Positions 17,803 through 31,509 of a DNA stretch of 64,000 nucleotides are shown in pieces (the stretch's first letter is position 1; each line of letters starts with the position of its first letter). Made by a program: the position numbers and the translations under genes. Location: NCBI RefSeq assembly GCF_009914755.1, contig NC_060931.1; one strand, 5' to 3'. Under the pieces are notes generated by a model, which saw only the letters and a program-made list of their open reading frames with translations, had not been told where the DNA came from and did no database searches. This stretch comes from the human T2T-CHM13v2.0 reference genome, Homo sapiens.

Positions 17803-18289
17803 TACATACTAACTCAAGCCCCCAAATACAACTTAATACCTCGCAAACCACAAGTTTCTCTTGCATGAAATTTGCATATTCATGATTTTGTTTCTAGACC
17901 TTTGCAGTAACCACAGGCAGTTTGGTTCTCATATGTGTGAATATTTAGGTCCATTCTCTTAGGAACAATTTGAAAAAAGAGAAACTGAGCATTAGACATA
18001 CAAAAGGGAAAAACAAGTGAACCACAGAGGAATAATAGACTGCAATAAAACCTTGGGAAAAAATAAAGAAAATTATGGAGATGAACTGTACTCTAGTGAT
18101 TTTTGGACAATGTGGGCTACTGATATTTGCATAAGAATTGCTATGGGGTATTAGGGAGACTGGAGGACATTGTCAGAGTACATATAAAGACAAAGTAGCT
18201 TATAAATGTATATATATAACTTCACAGCACCAAATATACATACTAAAGAAGAAACAGTTGGAGAAATGCCATTTGGTACAGGGAGCAGA

Positions 18290-18530
18290 ACAGCATAGTG
18301 TTTGAGTTTAGGCTCAACTCAGAATGTTTAGGCTACTGACTAACATTGTGACTTTGGGAACTTAGTTAAGTTTTCTAAATCTTGATTCTCTCATCTGGAA
18401 GATTGGATTATGGTAGTACTACTGAATAAGATAGTTAGAATTAATTAGGAAAATGTCCTAACACACCTTGCAGGTAATTTGCAAATAGCAAGTAGCTGAT
18501 AAATGTTAGTTGTGCTGTTGATTATTATTA
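18290..18530 (+). mobile_element. MIR (diverged)
   Basis: tgtgactttgggaacttagttaagttttctaaatcttgattctctcatctggaagattgg. Confidence 0.6.
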
Positions 18531-19317
18531 ATACCATAGGCTTGTTTTCAGCAGTCAAACCAATAAATTTCTGTATATCTCAATTAAATCTGTGGAAAGG
18601 ATGTAATATAGTACTTGTTATTTCCTACATGGCAGGTAATAATTACTAATGTTACCTTTATTTAGAATATGCTGCCTTTTGTAGCTATATACTAGTGGAT
18701 GTAAAATACTATCATAGAGTTTCATAAGTATATTACTTATCTCTCTTCCTCCATTCTGTTTTTCACATTTGAGTTTAAATGCCTATGAAAGTTAACCTAC
18801 TACTAAAAAATATAACCTACAACTGAAGAACTGTAGAATTCCAGAACTCCTTGATTTCATTACCTAATTTAATAAATATAGTAATTGATAACACCAGTTT
18901 TGTTAATAGTGCTTCTAAAGGGCTTATGTATTTTAAATATTCTCCGTACTGTCATGTATATCCTATGTGTTTTCACCTTCTCTGATATTAATTTTGTGAA
19001 CAAAAATAAACAGTTTGATTTAGCATACTTTAATGTGACTAGAGTATGTTTGGGTGATGTATTAGAGACCCTCTTCTATGGGACACCTTCCTTCTCCAGC
19101 TCAGTTAAGTGACTCCCCCAACCGCTGCTGCTGTAAACCCTGTACATTCTCCATTTCTTTATATTTTTAACTTACTTGTACCTTCAAACAGACTGTGAGC
19201 ACTTTAACCTTGGTAGCACTGAACATCATGCAACATCGAACATCCCTGTAGATAGTCAGTTGATTTTTGTTAAGTGAATGAATGAATGCTGCCCTCTTAC
19301 ATTGCTTATATAATTTC

Positions 19318-20120
<803 letters not shown>

Positions 20121-21154
20121 CTTTAACGGGAGAACTAATATTAACCTAATTCTGAAAACTTGTCTGTGGCTTAGTTTTTGTGTCTTTCTTTCTGAAGAAG
20201 GTTCTCTTCTTTCTGAAGGTTGCCTGACTTTCTGCAAATGCCAGAGGCCTTACCCTAGTTTCTTTACCCCAGTTTCCTGATTACTAACTACTAAATAGCC
20301 TGTATAAGGTGACAGGTGTAGACGTCCACTCTGGCAGACTAAAGGGGGCTACTGTCACGACTGGCTGTGGTTTTAGGCTCTGAAATGAGAGACATAGACT
20401 TTACACATACTTCAGCTCTTAAAGATGCTGTAGAAGATGTTAGGAAGAGGAATAATATAGCCAGGAAAAATGTTTACCACATCACATATGTCTAGTGATC
20501 GAGCAGTCATCTATTTGTTCACAGAAGCCTGAATTGTAATGCATACTTGTGTAATAGGCAAATGATAAACATAAGTCAACATAGAAAATTGCCATGAGGG
20601 CCACCCAGCACATACTGTGTCTACCCAGCGTGAGAGCTTTGTTCTTGTTTGTGACAAATAATCAGAAACAGGAAAGAGTTTGCAGATGCGACAGGAAGCA
20701 ACTTAACAGACAGGCCTGGCATCATCTGTCGCCTTAATGTATACCATTTATTCCCTTGGTGTGATGATTCTTAGCCATAGGTCACAATTGAGCCTTAGAA
20801 CCTTAACCCAGAGTGTTGCAGCCTTCCCCCTTGCAAGTACCCCGGGAATTGCTGCCATTGGCCAGTGTCCAAGAAGAAGGCTTGAACAGCTGCCCTGACA
20901 AATGGGTTTCCCCCATTCAAGCAAGCAAATGAGGGGTTTGAGCTGCTTTGCAATACTCCCTGCCTCTGGGCTACAAACACTGTTTAAAATGATAATAAAG
21001 TATCCTACTCTCCAGCACTATGTATTTTTCTTTTTGGAGACATGTAAATATCTTTAGGATCTTTTTAATGCAGGAGGTGGGAAATCATCCATATGAAGAG
21101 TTGGTTTCAGCTTTTCTTTCTTTCTTTTTTTTTTTTTTTTTTGGTCTATTCCAG

Positions 21155-21356
21155 ACAGTAAGGATTGTATCCTGGAGCCGCTTTCCCTGCCAGAAAGTCC
21201 AGGTGGCACCACCACTTTAGAAGGTTCTCCATCTGTGCCTTGTATTTTCTGTGAAGAACATTTTCCTGTGGCTGAACAAGACAAACTTCTGAAGCACATG
21301 ATTATTGAGCATAAGATTGTCATAGCTGATGTCAAGTTGGTTGCTGATTTCCAAAG
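21155..21356 (+). CDS. ZNF277: ZNF277 coding exon (probably exon 2), 202 bp, first C2H2-like finger
   Basis: Poly-T tract + ccag acceptor and AG|gtaagt donor. Reads (G)AC AGT AAG GAT TGT ATC = DSKDCILEPLSLPESPGGTTTLEGSPSVPCIFCEEHFPVAEQDKLLKHMIIEHKIVIADVKLVADFQ(R), recognised as ZNF277. Confidence 0.97.
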
Positions 21357-21392
21357 GTAAGTTCTGTTTTTGTCCTTAAAAGAATTAAATTT

Positions 21393-21660
<268 letters not shown>

Positions 21661-21718
21661 GAAAGAGAATTAAATGTATTGTTTGTTAAAGGAGTGACAT
21701 AATCTATATATAAAATAA

Positions 21719-22108
<390 letters not shown>

Positions 22109-22734
22109 AACTTCTCAGACTTTAAAAAAATCTTTACATTATTTTTCTTGAGTCTGTAAGTTTGAGAATGTCACATACTAATTTATTTTCTATAAGTTCT
22201 CTAAAGAGATGAACTTTCCAAAGAGTAGATAATACTCACTTTGCAGCATTCCATGACATTGTAGATCTTATTGATGTCTCCCAGATTATGTCTCATGTTT
22301 TAGGCCATAGACATTCTCTGAGTGGGTCCTTCCAGTAATTCCAGAATAGACTTGGCAACAGGACACTCAAAAGGCAGTGTTTGGGAATGGGATCCTTGGA
22401 GACTTTCAAGCCAAAAGGATATTGCCCAAACAAATCTCAGTTTAAATGTTGTGATGAGGTTGATTCCTTTTTTCCCAATTTATAATTTCTGGAAGTAGTT
22501 GTCCAAGAGAAATACCTTCCCTGTATAGTTACTGAAAGCATAAAATTTGGTGTATCTGGTAAGGTCCCATTTTGAGGTATTCTGTCCTGATTTCCCCATA
22601 AAACATTGTAGTAGCCCAGACATTGAATACCCCTGCATCTAAACTCTGTTTCTCCCAGGCCATATAAAACATTCCTAGCAAACAGCTTCTTTCTTATGAT
22701 AGGTCTTGCAAAAGAGCAAGCTGTATTATTAAGA

Positions 22735-23229
22735 GCTGACTATGAAAGTAGGAAAGCCTGGGGTTGAGTGCAGGCTTTCACACTTCCTAATCTTGTGATT
22801 TCCTGCCAAGCTACCTAACTACTCTAAGCATTGATTTTCTCATCTATAAAATGGGGGTAACACCAGCCCTCATGGTTATTGAATATTACATAAAACAAAG
22901 TATGGAATGTGAGGGCGATCTGGCTGTGACATCTGTCACCCCATTAATCGCCAGGGTTGATTCGGCTGATCTGGCTGGCTAAGTGGCTGTCCCCTTCCTC
23001 CCTCACCACTCCATGTTCATGCCTCCCAAAGCTGTGTTCTCAGTCAAAGAGGACAACCATCTCCACTAGAAGAGGACCAGTCTTTGGTCAAGGGTATACG
23101 AGTAGCTGCGCTTCCCTGCTGGAACCTCCAGACAAGCTCTCAAGTCCATTTGTAGGAGAACATAGGGTAGTCAAGCTTCCAAGATTCCAGACACATCCAA
23201 ATGAAGTGCTGCATGTGGCAGTCTGCCTT

Positions 23230-23262
<33 letters not shown>

Positions 23263-23325
23263 AAGAGTATGTGTAGCATCTGCTAGTGCCTGAGACATGT
23301 GTACCTGATAAATGGTAGATAAAAT
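22735..23325 (+). mobile_element. MIR split by the 7SK pseudogene
   Basis: ttttctcatctataaaatggggg core on the left and tagtgcctgagacat...gataaatggtag on the right. Confidence 0.7.
22905..23261 (+). pseudogene. Full-length processed 7SK snRNA pseudogene with A28 tail
   Basis: Colinear with 7SK from gaatgtgagggcgatctggctg through gggttgattcggctgatctggctggc to gcatgtggcagtctgcctttctt. Many CpG-decay substitutions; poly-A at 23234-23261. Confidence 0.96.
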
Positions 23326-24034
23326 GCAAAATTTTATTTGTATTTTTATCACCGAAGGTATATTTGAAATCTTAGTTTTCTGCAGCTATCGTTTGAGTTT
23401 TCCATTTGTATTTATGCTAATCTAAAAACCTAATTATCATTTGTAAAATATAGCTTTTGAGAAAATTTCATTCAAGTTTCTAAATAATCTAAATTTTTGG
23501 AAAGATAGTTTAAGTTGGAATAGCCAGCATACCCACAGGGGTAATGATAACTATTCTCTAGCCTTCATCTCTGTCCTTATTGCCTAGCACCAATACTGAA
23601 TATTTACCATGTGCCTTCTGTGTATGTTGCCTTATATCGACTCAGCACTACTATTTTTCAAGAGATTTTGGTGCTGCCTTATCAGGTCTCAGAGATAGGA
23701 GGACAGTTAATTGAATGATATATATTGCCAACTGCTAAAATAAACTAATTCCCTACATGCTCTCATAGGACATACTCTCTGCTCCTCATTATCATTTGTT
23801 ATTCTTTATTCTCATTAAAATATATGTGTGTGTATGTCTTTATTCTCAGAGTATTCTGGGAGCTTTCTTATATGCAACCCAGTTATATGTGGTGAGATCT
23901 GTTGATTTTGTTTCAGACACTTCTTAGGCTAGAGATCTTCTAATTCATACTCAACCATTGAAAGAAATACTACATAGGTTATTCTTTCCTAAGGCTTCTA
24001 TTAGTCAGCTTTTCTTTAATATGAAACCTTTATT

Positions 24035-24407
<373 letters not shown>

Positions 24408-27400
24408 ATGAAACTGTTCTTTTATTCCCTTTTATCATATAAACACAAATTTTCCTTCAGGAATTGCAGAAGAACAGTATTAACTACCAGTGATAATTGA
24501 ATAGTTTAAGATTTTTCTTTCTCCTCTGCCCGTAAAGTATGTGAGGAATGTCTGAATCAGAGTTTGTATTCTCCTTTGTGCTTATGTGTCATAGTTAAGT
24601 AGCTATATTTGTACTAATCAATCTCTCTATTTGTATCATTGTTATTAATCTCATTATCCTAATATGCATACGTGGGCAGAAAAATTGAATTATTTACTAG
24701 GTCTCGGGACTTAGGAGTCAGTAATTAAATGCTGGGATTATTCATGCTCTAAATGCAGATATACAATAAAATGGATGCTTTAATTAAAAAGAAAAGGATG
24801 CATATCTGATATAAGTGCTTTCTAAAGTGTATCTTTAACATGTATTTGAAATATGGAAACCTAGATTTTCCTTGTCAACTGTCCTTCTAATTAAGTAAAA
24901 TTTTCACTCTCAGCAAGTATAAATGTGATTAATTCTGATTGATCAGGCATGTATCTGAGTAAACTCTGTTGCTTTTAAATACCTTTGACTGTATCCAGTC
25001 TTCTTTAGATAATAACCTCCTACTACTTAAGGAAACTAAAAATTCCTCTCCCAAACAATCCAGGTATTGATTGTTATGATCAAAGTTAAGTTGGAATCTT
25101 TTCAACATCATGTAACTTGTTTCTAATTTTAGAAGACAAGGTATAAGGTGTAGGGTTGGGAGGAGGGAACATGAGAGATTTATTTGGCATGAACACATTC
25201 ACTCAGAACTCAAGAGGAATTGTTGCTTCTGAGTACAATAGATAATGAAGATGATAATAAATAAGAGATGGACTTACCTTGTGGTTTACAAGAAGTAAGC
25301 TATAAGTTTTCATACTAAATATATAATTTTTTATGAAACAAAATAACACTAAAACTTCCTGGGGCAGGAGAAATAAAAACAAAAATAAAAATCTTTCCAT
25401 TGAGTCCATTTAACATAGTTATTTATACTGAGCTATTTGCTAGCTTTATTCAGTAGATAAAATTGCTCTGGAAAATAAATGTTAACTTCTTATTTCTTAC
25501 CCTTTTCTATATTAAATTCCACACATTCACTGCTACTTAATTAACAACCATATTTCAAACCTTTATGACTATGTCAATAACCATACCAATTACAGTGAGG
25601 GTGGGCAGGCAAGATATTGCAACAAGGATTTTTTGTGAGACAATTCTGTGAGACATGATTTGAAGTTCCTTTGGAAGAAAAAAAGTATTTGCTGATGACC
25701 TAGTAATTACTTTTATAGATTTTTAATGAAGTATGAAATACTTTGATAACTCATCCAAATAGAGTTCCTACCACATGTTATTTCTTAGTGGCCTTTATAT
25801 ATTGAGTAGCTGCAATTGTAGCTTTCAGTAAACTAGAGAAGTAGGAAAAATACAGAAGAGAAGTACTAAATGAGCTCTTAAATTTGAACAGTGTTCTAGT
25901 GAGTGGGAAAAAATGCCACAAGAAGCATGTACTGAAGATCTGCTATCTTTATTCTATCACTCAGTTGATTACAATTTATCTGAATGCCCATACCATCCGA
26001 AAGGAAATGTATATATTGACACCTCTTAATTATAAGCTTAAAAACCACTATTATGTGTTTAATAACTAGGATGTTTCTTTACTCAAATTTAGACATAGGT
26101 CAAATGTATGTTGTTGTTGTTGTCTATAGTATACCACAGTAAGATATGATGCCTAATTTTATATGTTTAAGTTGTATGATGGTTTATGGTTATATTTTGC
26201 TTTGTAACAGATGATTTTTTTTTCTTTGATGTTGTTGTCACCCAAGTTTTGGTTAGGAAGAGAACACTCAAATGACAACTTTGTTCCTCTTGGACCAACC
26301 TATTACCTGCTTTATCCCATGGGAAACACTTCCTATTTGAGGAGGGCAACCGAGGTTCTGCCAGGCAGAATCTCCCCATGATTCTAAGTTAATTGATGTC
26401 AGTAATTTCTTCCCATGTGCATATCACCTTGAAGTAAACTCTGATGGAAAGTAAGCATGTCATGTGATTCTTCTCTTCAGACATCAAAGAGACAGTACTC
26501 AAACATAGAAGTTTTTGGAAACTGAGACCCACTGACTATTGGAATCAGGCTCCTGTTACCTCTGTAGTGGAACTTCTCTGCACCCTTTCCTTGCCTAGTT
26601 AAGCAGTTCCAAAACAGCCCCAAACAGTTGGTGTCAATTTTCAGCCCTTAGGTAGCAACTTAGGAGCAGTTCAGACTGAGGGCTACTGTTAAGTAGTATG
26701 CCTTTCGGAAGGGGAAAACATTCTCTTCCTCTTCAGACTTCATTTCTGTACTTCTGGTTCTGCCTTGTCAAAAAGCATTCTATGTGACCTCATTGGTCTC
26801 TGAGGGGAAAAAAATGCTTCAACTCTCTATTACAACTTTAATTATAGGGGCTCTTTCCTGTCCCTGCCTTCCCTTTTCTGCATTTCTTGTACCGATTCGT
26901 CCCCACATGACACTAGAGGAACTGTGTTGTAGAAGATTGAGTTTGGCCTTGGAGCCAGAGAGACAAAGTTCACATCTCAATTCTAACATTTTAATTGACC
27001 TTGGGCAAGTAAGGACTCATTAAATGGTAGCTGCTAATAATTGTCATTATTGTCACTATCATCATTCTTCTCTTCTACCACTTTAGCCACCTATATGTGC
27101 CCTCTGACGCTATTAATATAACTATTTTGTCTTTTTCATCAAATGTTTGCTGAAATGTTGTTGTTGTTTTTGTTGTGTGTCTCATTATTTCCCTGGGATA
27201 AATATAAATTATTCACTACCTTAGTCTTATTTAAATATGTTACTTTTTCTTATAGTAATAACTGTCATATATATTAAACACCCAGAATTTTGGACAGCGT
27301 GCTTTACATGCATTATTCTATTTAATTATCAACAATTTATTTTGCACATGAATAAACTGAGTTTCAGAAAGATTAAATAACTTTAAGTTCAGGTTCATAC

Positions 27401-27576
27401 CTTTGAATTCAAAGTCCTTGCTTCTCTATTCACCATTGCCTCCGGGGTGGTAATTAATACATTAACTATGATACTTTGACCACTGTCTTAATTTAAAAAG
27501 CAAAACTGCTTCTAGCATAAGATCTGTGCAGATAAGCAAGGGACAATATTGATTGTCCATTTAAAAAAAAGTCATT

Positions 27577-27878
27577 GGCCAGGCACAGTGGCTCTCACCT
27601 GTAATCCCAGCACTTTGGGAGTCCAAGACGGGCAGATTGCTTGAGCTCACAAGTTCAAGACTAGCCTGGGCAACATGGCAAAACCCCATCTCTACAAAAA
27701 AAATAGGAAAATTAGTTGGGCATGGTGGTGCGTGCCTATAGTCCCAGCTACTCGGGAGGCTGAGGTGGGGAGGATGTCTTCAGCCCAGGAGGCAGAGGTT
27801 GCAGAGAGCTGAGATCACTCCACTGCACTCCAGCCTGGGCAATAGAGCCAGATCTTATCTCAAAAAAAAAAAAAAAAA
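27577..27878 (+). mobile_element. Alu (Jb-like)
   Basis: Full dimer; TSD aaaaaaaagtcatt. Confidence 0.95.
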
Positions 27879-30150
27879 GTCATTAATAATTCAAAGAGCA
27901 GTCTGTTCACGAGGATCCAAGCTCTTGCCTGGTCATCTGTTCCACATGGTTTCACACAGATACTTTTCTAAGACTGTGAACATTTTCCAAAGTAAAGTAG
28001 TCTGTGTATTCAAGGAGTTATCACTGCCTTTCAACAGGCTCTAGACCCAAAATGGAACTAATTATATAGGGCTGACCACTAGTCTCCGTTTTGTCTAGAG
28101 GATACCATCCAGATAGTCCTCAATGGAGTGGCAACCAGGACTGACGATCCACTCCTTGGTGTATTCTAGCAGTAGCAGTAGGGAACCTCCAGAGGGAACT
28201 TGGCCTTCCTGTCTTTTGAAGTCAGTTATCTTAGCACCTGGTTCTGCCATGTATAAATTTGATTAATCATGAAAATAGATGTCTATATTTCAATTTAGAG
28301 GAATAATCCATCTTCTGTTCTAACATCTCTAATACAGGTTCTACTGTGTTCCTTCATCCCTGTCACCACTTTGTAATAGAAAATGTGCTTGGGGGAGAAT
28401 AAGAAAAGGACTAGGAATGTCATTTTTATTCTCTTAAGCCTCCTCTTGTCTTCTCTTTCCCCTTTTTTCCTCTCTACCATGGGGTGGTGGGGAAAGCAAC
28501 TAGTGAGGAATGGAAAGATAGAGACTAGGAGTAGCCATGTAGGAGACTGAGGAGTACAACGTGTTGAAGCTGGCCCAGGATGGCTAAGGAAATAATGTCC
28601 CAGCCTTTTGTAGGTACTTTTTCTCTATTTATCTGCTGTGATGGATCCAATATGCACTTGCCTTCTTCTGAGATTTCTAATATGGAAGCCAGTGAGTTAG
28701 CCAAGGAGTAGGGTGCATCATTTATATATTTGTGGTTTAAGGCTCAATGGGAGCTTAAGATTGCCATTTTAAGATCTCCTAGAATACAAGTTAGCACTGT
28801 TTTATAAGGAAAGGGTTCTCCCCTTACTTACCCATCAAAGTTAACAGTGTGGTTGTACAGGAGAAGAAAAACTTAAACATGGGATTCTATTTTTATACAC
28901 TATTCATTGGCTTCTTTTTCTTACATATTCTATATTCATTCAGTGTATTTTTATTTGATGTCAGCTCGTGTCATGTTTATCTCTTTCTCCCAGACCTCTC
29001 TCCAGCACAGACTTCTAATACACAAATGCCCTTTCCATAGAGCACCATGGTATTGGAAAATTAATGTTAAGAAAAAAATTAATAATAAAAAGGAGACAAA
29101 ATATTGGGAATTGGGGACTACTTAGAGAACTTTACAGGAATCTTCAAATTCTCTACTTCTTTAAAACATTTACTGTGGACCTAATATATCCAAAACATTC
29201 CTAGATGTGCTAAGTCAAGCCATTTAAAATGTCCAAATTTCTACTCTTTCTATATTCTTCATCTATTTCAATAAGTCCCATTTCTTTTTTTGGTTCTTTG
29301 GTGTAAGTTACTTGTTTTGTCCCTCAGTTGTGTGGCCTGATAAATTGGGAGCTATAGAATCAAGCTTTCCTTTTCCTCTCTCTATGAAGATAACACTCTC
29401 TTCTTGGTACCATTCAATAAATGAGATTGCAGTTGCCAATATAAATCTTGTTAGATAAATGGAAAGATAAACCACTTGTTAAATCCTGTCATCTTACTCC
29501 CTCTTTCATCACATATGTAGGTCTGGGTGTTAGGCTTTGGTTTTTAATTTAGCTGGTGTGTTGCTTCTAACTCTGCTCATTAGATACAAGAATTGTAAGT
29601 TAGGCTATTTTTCCAAAGTCTAAATTTGCCTCATTTCAGACTCAGTGTAGACATATGGAATTTTTCTGTCTTGTTATATTGATATTGAATTTAGACTGAT
29701 TTCTCATTGCATTATTCTTCTGACCTCTGTTCTTTTGATACATAAGATAACCACTTAGTTTTCTCTTTACTGCAGAGTGTGTCATAGCCTATTTAATCGT
29801 TATTGTATTTTAAAGACACATAAACTTAGGTGTTATTTCAGAAAAATTCATTATCACATAAAAATAATTCATTTTAACTTTCCTATATGTCTGTTTATTG
29901 AATTTGGGGATAGTAGAGTTTAGTCATTTTCATGCCCTTACATGGTAATTCCTTTTTATTAAATCTTTATTTGATACTTCTATAATGCTCCACTGCCTTT
30001 GTATTCACAAAAAACTGCTAGAAAAGCAGTTTTAAGTTAACATTTGATTTGTTGCTTTGGGATGAGTGAATGTGCTTATAGATTCCTGTCATTCTAAAGC
30101 AAATAGTATATTGAATCTTCTCATCGTTCCTTATTTTATGTTGTTCTAAG

Positions 30151-30239
30151 GTACATTTTATATTGGAGGAAAAGGTTCACTGAACAGCCCATCACAGATT
30201 TTTGTAGTGTAATAAGAATTAATTCCACTGCTCCATTTG
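30151..30239 (+). CDS. ZNF277: ZNF277 coding exon (probably exon 3), 89 bp
   Basis: ttgttctaag| acceptor and G|gtaagt donor. Phase 2 continues (R)YILYWRKRFTEQPITDFCSVIRINSTAPF(E). Confidence 0.96.
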
Positions 30240-30510
30240 GTAAGTGTACATCTTGGCTACCATCTTTTCCCTACAGTATAAAAATTCAAAGGAATAATCT
30301 TACTGTCTTATATTAGAATTACTTTTACTTTCATGATAGATAAAATTAAATTGATGTGTTTATTTTGCCTAACTTGAATAAAGCTAAAACAGTTCTATGC
30401 CAAAGAGATCCTAATAGACACACACATCTGTATTTTTTAAGAAATAAGTCCTTCTGGGGAAAAAATGGTTAATATCTGTTTTCTTATTTGTTTTCCTAAT
30501 CTCTCAACAG

Positions 30511-30593
30511 AAGAACAAGAGAATTATTTTTTGTTATGTGACGTTTTACCAGAAGATAGAATTCTTAGAGAAGAGCTTCAGAAACAGAGACTG
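30511..30593 (+). CDS. ZNF277: ZNF277 coding exon (probably exon 4), 83 bp
   Basis: ctctcaacag| acceptor with upstream cctaat branch-like motif and CTG|gtaaga donor. Reads (E)EQENYFLLCDVLPEDRILREELQKQRL. Confidence 0.96.
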
Positions 30594-31017
30594 GTAAGAA
30601 TTGTTTTTAAAGGGTGAATAGTGTCTTGAAAATACATATAAATACATATAAAATCATATTGGTTTTTTTTTTTTTTACTTTTTGTTATGGAAACTTTCAA
30701 ACATATGTAAAAGAGGAGACAATACAAAAAGGTCTTAAAACAAAAAAAAAGTATACACTTGACTGAAAATTAAAGCGTTTTATGTTAAAAATGCAGAGAG
30801 AATTTTTGGCTTTGTTTTGCTTCCTGGATTATCTCTAAAATAACAACAGAACTTACACATTTTAGTGTAATTTTAGCTGCCTGACACATGCTAGGGTTCA
30901 GTAGTCATGGAAAAATGCCCTCAGCTAAAATTGAGTTGAATTGATTAACCTTTTTTTCTCCCCTTTACTGGAATGTGCTATGCACTAGCATTTTTTTTAT
31001 TTCCCTTTATGAATTAA

Positions 31018-31509
<492 letters not shown>

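Noticed and set aside
20760-20800. gtgatga as a C/D snoRNA box C
   Set aside because: No suitably placed CTGA box D with a terminal stem.
22957-23235. 92-aa ORF in the 7SK copy
   Set aside because: Chance frame in a noncoding RNA retrocopy, with a non-ATG start.
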